Positions 31,577-40,781 of a stretch of 64,000 nt of DNA are shown in pieces. The position numbers were made by a program, and so were the translations under genes. Positions within the stretch are counted from its first letter, which is position 1, and every line of letters starts with the position of its first letter. The stretch comes from an uncultured Phycisphaerales bacterium (GTDB taxonomy: Bacteria > Planctomycetota > Phycisphaerae > Sedimentisphaerales > Anaerobacaceae), in contig CAVYYI010000001.1 in NCBI GenBank assembly GCA_963772725.1, positions 256,001 through 320,000 of the forward strand, written 5' to 3'. The notes under the pieces were generated by a model that saw only the letters and a list, made by a program, of their open reading frames with translations, had not been told where the DNA came from and searched no databases.

Positions 31577-31637
31577 CTCGGAAAAATTATAGAAAAAGAG
31601 TTGCCGCTTAATTATGAGATTATTGCGCTATACGGTA

Positions 31638-31690
31638 TATCGCAAATCGGTTATAGTTTTGCGCAAAATGATTTATCCTTATGCTATACT
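31638..31690 (+). promoter_or_regulatory. Internal tandem operator with possible extended -10 (TGCTATACT)
   Basis: TATCGCAAATCGGT (31638-31651) and TTGCGCAAAATGAT (31659-31672); shares the spacer TATAGTT with the 16752 site; no clear -35. Confidence 0.65.
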
Positions 31691-31738
31691 TAACATAGAT
31701 AGCAGGAATGAATATGTAAGAGAAAGGATGTAAGTAAC

Positions 31739-34615
31739 ATGAACGCAAAATATGTAAAATTTTTGTCATCTAATACCTGCTTGGTTTTTGGCTTGTTGAT
31801 GCCTGTAATCTGTATAGGACAGGAGCTTAAAAACAATCAATACAGGATAACGCTTAAAGCTGACAATTCCATTGAAGTTAATGTTGAAGGAGTTGAACCA
31901 CAGATTCTCCGGCCTGAATTTACGGTTATGTACAGCTCTAAAGACCCCGGTTACAGTACCAATCATTTGAATTATTTTATTTCACCTCGCGTGGCTATAA
32001 GATGGTCGAACTGTCAGCAGGATTTAAAATCTCTCAATGATTGGCTTAATTCTCCTGATATGCAGCAAGTCGCTGGCTCCGAGGTTGTTGTTACAGAGGA
32101 TAAAAATGGCAATCGTACGTGGTTATACAAAAATGTGCAAGGCGGAGGCAGAAACAAAGTGCAGGGTCCTTATGCAAATGGAACGACAAATCCATTCTTT
32201 GCCGGCCAGAAAACTACATTAACAGCGAAAAAAACTTATCTAAAAGGCGATTCAATAGTTTGGGAATTTGAGGAGCAGCCGGACTTTACGCTCACCGGCA
32301 GGCTTATGCTGCCAGTTCCTTTGGGCGACCCGCAGATCACCTATGATTTGATAGTTAAAAAGGCTGGTTATTATTCCGTTGCTTTTACCGGTGTGCCGTC
32401 AACGCCAGCCGACAAAGCCATTTCTGTGCCGCAGGAATGCGGGGGCAAAGGGGGCAGACAACTTAATTTTGCTATGTGTGAAGGTTATATGAAATTACCG
32501 CGGGCACATATCGCGACCGAAAAATTAAATTCGGTTATCATTGTTGACCCGAACGAAAGCCCTTTTAGAATCCCTGACAGGAGCAATTCCCGTTTCAGTG
32601 TTATGATTGAAAGAACGAATAGCCAACTGAAACCGATAATCTTTGCGCCGATAATGGGCGGTTATGAATCACAAATGAAAACAGGGAATAAATACAGTTT
32701 TACTGTTCGTTATGTCTTAAGACCAGGTGACTGGAAAGACACTTACAGGTATCTGGCTCGAAATATTTATGGTTTTCGTGATATGCGGGATAACAGCGGG
32801 CCGGGTTCGTTAAACAATACACTTGAAAACATTCTTGATTATTTAATCGACAGGGACGGTCACAATTATGCGATGTGGGACCCGGAGCAGAAATATCACT
32901 ATTACTGTGATAAACCAGGCGTATTCAAACCGTTCTCTCCGCTTTTTGGAATGTCTGTGGTGCTTGTAACCGACGATGAGGAACTATACAAAAAGAAGGT
33001 TCGGCCTATTGTCGAATTTGCTGTATCTCGCAAAAGCAACATTTTTTCTCCTTACGAAACTTTTGACAACGGTCAGATTAAATCACGGAACAGAGAACTC
33101 GGAAGCCCATATCCCAGTACCGTTCAATTAACAAGCCTTTCACAAATGTTTCAGGGACGTACTTACGCCTTTAAGTTTTATATCGAACAGAAAGGCTTTT
33201 CAAAATCTGATTTTATTGATTTATTATCACAATATAGAATGACGGGCAATAAAGATTATCTGTCTGCTGCGGTAAAAGTCGCTGACCGGATGACAGCAAG
33301 CCGCTCCGCGGGGGATTACATGAATTTTATTGAAATATATGAAGAAACCAAAGACGAGAAATATCTTAAAGCGGCAGTGGAAGGCGCTTATGCAAGGTCG
33401 GCAGCGATGAATCTTTTTCCAGTTGTTCCTGATACTTTCATAACTGTTGACAAAAATAATGAAGTGCCGATACATGCTCATTCCTACGGTCGTCATAAAG
33501 TCTGGGGATTTCCTCCGCCTAAGCCTTTTCATGCGCCTCAGCAGACTGTACCGGCCTGGCGCGTTGCATTGACTGGTTTTGAGTCTCCTGCTTACCGCGG
33601 TGAGTTCTGGCTCAATAACAACGGTCAGCTTATGCGCCTTGCCACTTATGCCAAAGACGATTTTCTGCGAGACTTTACACGCTGGGCAATGGTCGGCAGA
33701 TTCGCTAATTACGCAGGTGACAACCGCTCCAAAATATCGCTGGTTATCGAACAGCCCGATGCGCCGCTGCATCCCCTTTGGGAGACCGACTATGCCACAT
33801 TCAATCCAGGCCATTCATGGGAGTTTGTCGGCGCTGTAATTGATTTTCTTATTTCCGACGCTTTTAACCGCTCCGAAAAACAAATCGATTTTCCTTCCCG
33901 CTGTATGTATGAAAGTGGTTTTAGGGTAAAAGCCTATGGCGACAGGCCGGGACAGTTTTACGACGAAAACAACGTCCAGCTATGGCTGCCGAGACATCTG
34001 CTCAAATCGGATAATAAGCAGGTTGATTATGTCGCCGGCTATGGCAATGGTAAATTTTACCTTGCATTCTGGAACCAGTCATTCAAAACCGAGGATGTAA
34101 CAATCACACTCAATTCAGATTTGGTTGAATGCAATGGTGCCCATAAAGCGCGAATCTGGCAGGATAACAAAGATAAAGGCACTATTGAGATTTCTGATAA
34201 CACTGTAAAATTCACAATATCACCCAAAGGCATAGTTGCTTATGCCATTGAAGGCGTAAAGGTCAAGCCCCGCCTGCAGGCCAAGATGTTCGATAAAACC
34301 GCTGTTACGCTGGGCAAAGACAGTCTTGTTACATCTGATGCTCCTTTTGGCAAAGTTACCGCGATGCTTATCACGATGGGCAAAGGTCTTACATCATCTT
34401 TTGTTTATACCGATGCTCTCCCTGAAAACGTTATCTCCGCAAAACTGAAATATCGGCAGGGAAATGGGCCATGGCAGGAGAAGACCGATGCGATATTCCC
34501 TTATGAATTTTCATCGGATATTGATGAGAGCAAAGGCGATTTCCAGTGTATCTTTGAGGTAGAAACCGCCGAGCAGCAGGTTCAGCGTTCTGAAATTATA
34601 ACACTCAAATTTTAA
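31739..34615 (+). CDS. Secreted 'family X' protein, copy 3
   Basis: 958 aa, signal peptide; YRMTGNKDYL and YEETKDEKYL helical-hairpin motifs, PQQTVPAWRV, GRFANYAGD, FNPGH. Confidence 0.88.
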   Translation: MNAKYVKFLSSNTCLVFGLLMPVICIGQELKNNQYRITLKADNSIEVNVEGVEPQILRPEFTVMYSSKDPGYSTNHLNYFISPRVAIRWSNCQQDLKSLNDWLNSPDMQQVAGSEVVVTEDKNGNRTWLYKNVQGGGRNKVQGPYANGTTNPFFAGQKTTLTAKKTYLKGDSIVWEFEEQPDFTLTGRLMLPVPLGDPQITYDLIVKKAGYYSVAFTGVPSTPADKAISVPQECGGKGGRQLNFAMCEGYMKLPRAHIATEKLNSVIIVDPNESPFRIPDRSNSRFSVMIERTNSQLKPIIFAPIMGGYESQMKTGNKYSFTVRYVLRPGDWKDTYRYLARNIYGFRDMRDNSGPGSLNNTLENILDYLIDRDGHNYAMWDPEQKYHYYCDKPGVFKPFSPLFGMSVVLVTDDEELYKKKVRPIVEFAVSRKSNIFSPYETFDNGQIKSRNRELGSPYPSTVQLTSLSQMFQGRTYAFKFYIEQKGFSKSDFIDLLSQYRMTGNKDYLSAAVKVADRMTASRSAGDYMNFIEIYEETKDEKYLKAAVEGAYARSAAMNLFPVVPDTFITVDKNNEVPIHAHSYGRHKVWGFPPPKPFHAPQQTVPAWRVALTGFESPAYRGEFWLNNNGQLMRLATYAKDDFLRDFTRWAMVGRFANYAGDNRSKISLVIEQPDAPLHPLWETDYATFNPGHSWEFVGAVIDFLISDAFNRSEKQIDFPSRCMYESGFRVKAYGDRPGQFYDENNVQLWLPRHLLKSDNKQVDYVAGYGNGKFYLAFWNQSFKTEDVTITLNSDLVECNGAHKARIWQDNKDKGTIEISDNTVKFTISPKGIVAYAIEGVKVKPRLQAKMFDKTAVTLGKDSLVTSDAPFGKVTAMLITMGKGLTSSFVYTDALPENVISAKLKYRQGNGPWQEKTDAIFPYEFSSDIDESKGDFQCIFEVETAEQQVQRSEIITLKF

Positions 34616-34632
34616 TCTGATTGGAGAATATT

Positions 34633-35220
34633 ATGAAAAAATTACTGATAGTTATTTGCGTTCTTACTATTGGCGTAACGGTTATTGCTTTCGCCGCATC
34701 TACATCCGCTGGGAAATTTACGATAACCGATGAATTTGTCAAATATATTGAATCCGCAACGAATCCTTATGATTTTGGCGTGAGAAAAGACGGGAAATTT
34801 TATCCGTACTCTACTCATTATGGCAGAAGAATCGGCTATCGGCAGCCTGTACTCGACAAAAAATTCTATACGCAAGGCTGGTCTAAGCAGGACGCGGAAA
34901 AACAATTACGCCTCGATTTGGATAAAACTCTTCAGCAACTGCGTACTTTCATGTCAGAAAAATATTCCAACAATCCTTTCGATGGCCTAAAAAAGGAAAG
35001 TCAGGAAATTCTGCTCGATTTCGCGTATTCAGAAGGGATTGAGAACATAAAGCCGGAGTTTTTCAAAGTGGTAATAAATCAGGATTGGGATAAGCTGATT
35101 AATACCTGTATGTATGTTCGAATGCCAAACGGCTGGCCTGACGACATTAAAAACAGGGCGTTTGCTAATCGCTGGATTTACTCCACAAAACCGTTGATAA
35201 AACTTCCAGATACAAAATGA
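34633..35220 (+). CDS. Secreted lysozyme-fold (GH24-like) protein, catalytic residues apparently degenerate
   Basis: GGAG RBS; signal peptide; YPY...RIGY, GWSKQDAEKQLRLDL, FDGL...QEILLDFAYSEG, F...QDW match the GH24 scaffold. Confidence 0.6.
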   Translation: MKKLLIVICVLTIGVTVIAFAASTSAGKFTITDEFVKYIESATNPYDFGVRKDGKFYPYSTHYGRRIGYRQPVLDKKFYTQGWSKQDAEKQLRLDLDKTLQQLRTFMSEKYSNNPFDGLKKESQEILLDFAYSEGIENIKPEFFKVVINQDWDKLINTCMYVRMPNGWPDDIKNRAFANRWIYSTKPLIKLPDTK

Positions 35221-35242
35221 TATTTTTCAAGGAGAAAATTAA

Positions 35243-37627
35243 ATGTATAGTAAATTGCGGAACTTATTATGTTATCCTATTGTATTTTTAATGTTGGCTT
35301 TTCCAAATCATGTTTTTGCCAGCCGGTGGATACTGTGGTACAACGAACCCGCCAAGCAGTGGTTCGAAGCGTTGCCTTTAGGTAACGGCAGGCTTGGGGG
35401 AATGGTCTATGGAGGTATTGAGCGTGAGCATATTCAGCTTAACGAAGATACGGTCTGGTCTGGAAGCGAAAAGCTCGATTTTAACCGGAAGGGAGCTTAT
35501 AAATATCTGTCTCAAATTCGCGGGCTTTTATTCGATGGCAAGTACAAACAGGCAGAAGACCTCATAAAGGAGGAAATGAAGGGTCCCGATAATACCCACT
35601 GCTACCAGTCGTTAGGAGACCTTTGGATAGATACGAGGCCTGCCGGCTTTATCACAAATTATCGGAGAGAATTAGATATCCAAAACGCTGTTGCCGCAGT
35701 AACTTATAATGAAGGCGATGCTGAGTTTAAAAGAGAGGTTTTCTGTAGTTGGCCTGACCATGTGATAGTTGTTCGGTTAAGCTGTAACAAGAGGGGGCGA
35801 ATAAGTGTTGATGTGAATATGAATCGCGTCGAATGTGCAAAAACTTCCGTAACAGCACCTGACACTATTGTAATGAACGGCAGGGTTGATGAGGGTAAAG
35901 ACAGCGAGGGCGTAAAGTTTGAGGCACGTCTTAAAGCGAACGTTCAGGGGGGCAAGGTTTATGCAGACGGCTGTGGTCTCCATATTGAAAAAGCTGATTC
36001 AGCAATGCTGCTTTTGACAGCGAAAACTGATTATTATGGTGATGACCCGGCGGTAGTCTGCAAAAACCAACTGGCAGCGGCATCAGGTAAAACTTATGAG
36101 CAGCTGCGTGATGCACATCTTGCCGATTACAAAAAGTATTTTAATCGCGTTGATATTGAGCTTGGCGGAGAAAATAAATCGGATATACCAACCAACAAAC
36201 GGATTGAATCGATGAAGAGCGGCGAATCAGACCTTGGTCTTGTTGGGCTTTATTTTCAATATGGCAGGTATTTATTGATAAGTTCGTCACGAGAAGGCGG
36301 GCTGCCCGCAAATTTGCAGGGCTTGTGGAACAGAGAATTAAATCCCCCCTGGTTGTGCGGTTATCACCTCAATATAAATGGACAGATGCAGTATTGGCAC
36401 GCGGAAAATACCAATCTCTCAGAACTTCACGAACCTTTTTTTATACTAATAGATGGCATTCGCAGGCGAGGTACAGAAACTGCCCGCCAGCTTTATAATT
36501 GCCGGGGTTTTTGTGCACATCATAGAACTGATGTCTGGTGGTTTACCGGACAAAGCGGCAAAAATGTTGGAGCTACTATCTGGCCGACAGGCGGCGCAGA
36601 GACAACAAGCCATCTCTGGGAACACTATCTATATACTCAGGATAAAAAATTTCTTTCCGAAAAAGCATGGCCTATCATAAAGGAAGCTTCGCTGTTTTGT
36701 CTTGACTGGTTGGTGGAAAATCCTCAGACCGGCAAACTTGTCAGTGGACCTTCTATCTCACCTGAAAACCGGTTTATTGCCAAAGACGGCACCAAGGTTG
36801 GTGTGACGATGGGGCCTGCGATGGACCAGCAGATTATCTGGCAGACGTTTAATAACTGTCTTGGAGCAGCAAAAATTTTAAAAATTGAAGATAAGTTTGT
36901 ACAGGATGTACGCAAGGCTCAGTCCAATCTTGCCGGCCCTGAGATTGGCTCTGATGGCAGACTCCTTGAATGGGACCGTGAATTTCCCGAAGTCGAACCG
37001 GGCCATCGGCATATTTCTCATCTTTATGCTTTATATCCAGGTTATCAGATAACTCCTGAAGGTACTCCGGAGCTTGCTGTAGCTGCAAGAAAGACTTTGG
37101 AATATCGATTGGCTCATGCGGGCAGCACGGCTAAAACTGTCAACATTACACATGCAGGAAATACAAGCTGGACATTATCCTGGCTTGTAAACTGGTGGGC
37201 ACGGCTGCAGGACGGCGAAGAAGCTTACAAAAACCTTCTTGCATTGATTGGTAAAACAAGCTTTCCAAATTTATTTAGCTCGGCCCCGCGAGTTCCGCCG
37301 GTGTTTCAAAGCGATGGTGATATGACAGGCTCAGCCGGCATTGCTGAGATGCTCTTGCAATCGCACAGTATCAATCAAGGAGCAGGTGCTGGACCGATTC
37401 ACCTGCTGCCTGCTTTGCCAAATGCATGGAAAGATGGATATGTTAAAGGGCTGCGTGCCCGCGGAGGGTTTGAGGTTGGTATCAACTGGGCACAAGGAAA
37501 ACTCTCAAGTGCTGAAATTAAATCGCTTAACGGAAACAAATGTAAAGTAAAATACCAGGACAAGTATATAGAATTTGATACAGAAAAGGGTAAAACTTAT
37601 AAATTAAGCGATGAACTTATTTTTTAG
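35243..37627 (+). CDS. GH95 alpha-L-fucosidase/L-galactosidase-like, copy 1
   Basis: [54 protein letters not shown]. Confidence 0.92.
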   Translation: MYSKLRNLLCYPIVFLMLAFPNHVFASRWILWYNEPAKQWFEALPLGNGRLGGMVYGGIEREHIQLNEDTVWSGSEKLDFNRKGAYKYLSQIRGLLFDGKYKQAEDLIKEEMKGPDNTHCYQSLGDLWIDTRPAGFITNYRRELDIQNAVAAVTYNEGDAEFKREVFCSWPDHVIVVRLSCNKRGRISVDVNMNRVECAKTSVTAPDTIVMNGRVDEGKDSEGVKFEARLKANVQGGKVYADGCGLHIEKADSAMLLLTAKTDYYGDDPAVVCKNQLAAASGKTYEQLRDAHLADYKKYFNRVDIELGGENKSDIPTNKRIESMKSGESDLGLVGLYFQYGRYLLISSSREGGLPANLQGLWNRELNPPWLCGYHLNINGQMQYWHAENTNLSELHEPFFILIDGIRRRGTETARQLYNCRGFCAHHRTDVWWFTGQSGKNVGATIWPTGGAETTSHLWEHYLYTQDKKFLSEKAWPIIKEASLFCLDWLVENPQTGKLVSGPSISPENRFIAKDGTKVGVTMGPAMDQQIIWQTFNNCLGAAKILKIEDKFVQDVRKAQSNLAGPEIGSDGRLLEWDREFPEVEPGHRHISHLYALYPGYQITPEGTPELAVAARKTLEYRLAHAGSTAKTVNITHAGNTSWTLSWLVNWWARLQDGEEAYKNLLALIGKTSFPNLFSSAPRVPPVFQSDGDMTGSAGIAEMLLQSHSINQGAGAGPIHLLPALPNAWKDGYVKGLRARGGFEVGINWAQGKLSSAEIKSLNGNKCKVKYQDKYIEFDTEKGKTYKLSDELIF

Positions 37628-37637
37628 GTGATAGCAA

Positions 37638-39203
37638 ATGTATCGACGAGATTTTTTAAAATTGATGGGCTTTGGTATAGCAAGCCCGGTGTTTTTATCC
37701 TCTGTTAAAGCGGTGAATGCGGGGGATTCAAAGTTGTTGAAAAAATCCAAGCCTAATATCGTCGTCTTCTTAACTGATGACGAAAGCTGGCTGGAGCGCA
37801 GCATTTACGGCTGGTCGAAAATCCCCACACCCAATTTCGACAGGGTAGCCAAAGAGGGTATTCTTTTCACCCATGGATACACCTCGGCTCCATCCTGTGC
37901 GCCATCGCGTGCTTCTCTTCTGACTGGTAGGAATTTCTGGGAATTGGAAGAGGGCGCTTTTATCCAGGCATGGCTTCCTGCAAAGTTTGCTGTCCTACCG
38001 GACCTGATGGAAGCGGGCGGCTATTATGCCGGATATACCGCCAAGGGCTGGGGACCGGGTATTTTGCCTCCTCAATCAGGACGCACGCGTAATCCTGCCG
38101 GCAATGCCTTCAGTAGTATCAAGCGTGAGAAACATGAAGAAGGTATCAACGACCTTGATTATCCGGCCAATTTTGCTAAATTTTTGGATACCTGCCCCAA
38201 AGGCAAGCCCTTTTGGTTCTGGGTGGGATGCACCGAGCCACATGAACCCTGCAGCGAGGATAACTATAAAAAACTCGCCGAGAAATACGCCATCAGTCTC
38301 GACGACATTAAAGTCCCCGGATTTTTGCCGGATACTCCAGGCGTGCGCCGTGGTCGCGCGAACATGCTCTACGAGGTTTGTCATACCGATATAGACCTTG
38401 GCAGAGTACTGGAAATTCTCAAGGAAAGGGGAGAACTTGAGAATACCCTCCTAATCGTAACCTCTGATAATGGCACCCAGATTCCAAGGTCAAAAGCCAC
38501 CCTGTACGACTGGGGTGTGCATGAGCCTTTGGCTATTATGTGGCCTGCCCGTATTAAGCCCGGACGGCGTGTAGATGATTTCGTCAGTTTCATTGACCTT
38601 GCGCCAACAATGCTTCAGGTTGCTGGACTGCCCGTACCTCCGGAGATGAGCGGACGCAGTATCCTCGATATTCTTGTTTCCGATGCTTCCGGGCAAGTGG
38701 ACCCTGCCCGCACGTGGATTGTTACCGGTTTGGAATGGCATGGGGAACTTGACCCAATCAATCGGGCCGGCAGAATGATTCGTAATGAACGATACGAGTA
38801 CATTGTTAACTATGGAACCGGAACCATATATGGGAAACTTTCACCCAAAAAACGCTTGCCGGACTCCGAGTATGAACAAACTGCCGAAACGGCCGATGCG
38901 GTCAAACTTTTGGAGAAGCATCCTGAGCATCCGGCGGTCAAGCGTTTCGTTCCGCTTCTTATGGAGCGTCATCCGAAGGAGGAACTATATGACCTTCAGA
39001 ATGACCCATGGCAATTGAAAAACCTGGCTGACTCGCCGGAACTGGCTGCGGTCAAGAAAAAACTCAAGGACCAGCTTGAAGCTTACCAGCGCAAGACTAA
39101 AGACCCTCGAATTACAGGCGACATGGCAATATTCGAACGTACTCGCAAATTTGTGCAGGAACGCAAAAAAAGCGGATATAAGGGTGGTGAGAAAAGTTCT
39201 TAA
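37638..39203 (+). CDS. S1 (formylglycine-dependent) sulfatase with Tat-type signal
   Basis: MYRRDFLK twin-arginine; PNIVVFLTDD, CAPSRASLLTG, PH, SDNG, DLAPT, ELYDL. Confidence 0.92.
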   Translation: MYRRDFLKLMGFGIASPVFLSSVKAVNAGDSKLLKKSKPNIVVFLTDDESWLERSIYGWSKIPTPNFDRVAKEGILFTHGYTSAPSCAPSRASLLTGRNFWELEEGAFIQAWLPAKFAVLPDLMEAGGYYAGYTAKGWGPGILPPQSGRTRNPAGNAFSSIKREKHEEGINDLDYPANFAKFLDTCPKGKPFWFWVGCTEPHEPCSEDNYKKLAEKYAISLDDIKVPGFLPDTPGVRRGRANMLYEVCHTDIDLGRVLEILKERGELENTLLIVTSDNGTQIPRSKATLYDWGVHEPLAIMWPARIKPGRRVDDFVSFIDLAPTMLQVAGLPVPPEMSGRSILDILVSDASGQVDPARTWIVTGLEWHGELDPINRAGRMIRNERYEYIVNYGTGTIYGKLSPKKRLPDSEYEQTAETADAVKLLEKHPEHPAVKRFVPLLMERHPKEELYDLQNDPWQLKNLADSPELAAVKKKLKDQLEAYQRKTKDPRITGDMAIFERTRKFVQERKKSGYKGGEKSS

Positions 39204-39239
39204 ATACTAATATGCAAACTTTGAGTTAGGATAAAAGAT

Positions 39240-40781
39240 ATGAAAAATATTCATATAATTTTTTGTGTAATGGCGATTAGTTTGGCGAAAGGTAATATCT
39301 TTGCGGATGAAAAGGATATTGTCCTTTTTGATTTTACAAAAGGTTTTGATGTAAAAACGCTCGAAACAGACAATCTGTCTGCGAATGTGATTGATACAAA
39401 CAGCGGCAAAACGCTGCTTCTGACAGTAAAACCAGCAGAGGATTCCACGAGTATAACGTTTAAGGCGCCGCAGGGAAGCTGGGACCTTTCGGGCAAACGT
39501 TGTGTCGAGATGGATATAAAAAACCTCACGAACAAAAAAGCCGTTATGACGTTCTGGGCTCTTTCCGGGGCAGGCTGGGGTGGTGTAAGCAGTTCGTGCT
39601 TCGCGCCTTCGGGCAGAGAGACGCTCGAACCAAACAGTAACACTATGTTAAAAATTGATATACATGCAAAATATGGCGGTCCCGATGCCCATACCAAAGC
39701 AATAAATCCTGCTAAAGTAACGGCACTTCAAATTGTTTTTCACATTCCGAAAACTGACTATAAATTTGAGGTTGGTAATATACGCGCCACCGGAATAGGG
39801 CCGAGCGAGCCGCACGATATTTCCAGGCGAGTAATGGTTCCGGAAGTAACTTCGGCTGAACCTGCGCCCGGCAAAAGAGTCAGACAGGTTTTACCTGAAT
39901 ATGCCGGGACAAAGATTAGTCATATTCTTTGTCTGCCAAAAGACTGGAAGCCCGGAGTTCTGTATCCGATTATTGTTGAGTACACCGGTAATGTGTTCTA
40001 TCATAAGTTCTGTCACTCAACGGGATTTACCGACCAGGGTAATATGGCTTATGGTTTGTCAAAGAGAGAAGGATTTATCTGTATCAATATGCCTTTTGTA
40101 AGTGAAGACGGCCAAAGCGAGCAGATTAACGGCTGGGGCAGCCCTGAAAAGACAATAGATTACTGCATTAAGGCGGTACAGTATATTTGCGAGAATTATG
40201 GCGGCGACCCAGGTGCAGTTTTTACTACTGGTTTTTCACGTGGACAAATTGCCTGTAACTATATTGCTTTGCGTAATGACAGAATAGCCGATGTCTGGCT
40301 GGCATTTATAGGTTCAAACCCGGCAATGAAATGGACAGGAGGCGAAGGCTGGAACAAATCTGGTATCGGCTGGGACGAACGGGCAATAAGATTGAAGGGA
40401 CGGGCCTGTATTGTTGAAAAGGCAAATCTGGGTCCGGTACATGTGGACGTCGAATATCTGGAGGATATTCCTTCGACTTTAGCGACCCGCGAGAGAATAC
40501 GGGATGTTTTGAAGACCAGGCCCGGCACGCACACTATAAGCGGTAAAGTAACAGATAAAGATGGTAAAGGTTTGGCAGGCGTCAGGATTCAAAGCGGAGA
40601 GACGCACTTTACATTTACAGATGGCAGCGGCAATTATATACTTAAGAGCATTATCGATAGCGAACGAGAAGTTGCCGCATCTAAAAAAGGCTGTTCGTTT
40701 AAGTCTGACCGGATAAATGTTAAAATGGTCGGAAACGATGTTCAAAATATTAATTTTACAGTTTCTCAGGAGAAGTTATGA
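39240..40781 (+). CDS. Secreted CBM-like + alpha/beta-hydrolase (putative carbohydrate esterase) + Ig-like domain
   Basis: WDLSG...INPAKV...VGNIRA jelly-roll; LPKDWKPG...YPIIVEYTGN; GFSRG nucleophile elbow; C-term ISGKVTD...TDGSGNY. Confidence 0.7.
   Translation: MKNIHIIFCVMAISLAKGNIFADEKDIVLFDFTKGFDVKTLETDNLSANVIDTNSGKTLLLTVKPAEDSTSITFKAPQGSWDLSGKRCVEMDIKNLTNKKAVMTFWALSGAGWGGVSSSCFAPSGRETLEPNSNTMLKIDIHAKYGGPDAHTKAINPAKVTALQIVFHIPKTDYKFEVGNIRATGIGPSEPHDISRRVMVPEVTSAEPAPGKRVRQVLPEYAGTKISHILCLPKDWKPGVLYPIIVEYTGNVFYHKFCHSTGFTDQGNMAYGLSKREGFICINMPFVSEDGQSEQINGWGSPEKTIDYCIKAVQYICENYGGDPGAVFTTGFSRGQIACNYIALRNDRIADVWLAFIGSNPAMKWTGGEGWNKSGIGWDERAIRLKGRACIVEKANLGPVHVDVEYLEDIPSTLATRERIRDVLKTRPGTHTISGKVTDKDGKGLAGVRIQSGETHFTFTDGSGNYILKSIIDSEREVAASKKGCSFKSDRINVKMVGNDVQNINFTVSQEKL

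Noticed and set aside
34633..35220. Prophage remnant implied by a lysozyme-like gene
   Set aside because: No holin, integrase or structural genes; gene is tightly embedded in the operon and has a signal peptide
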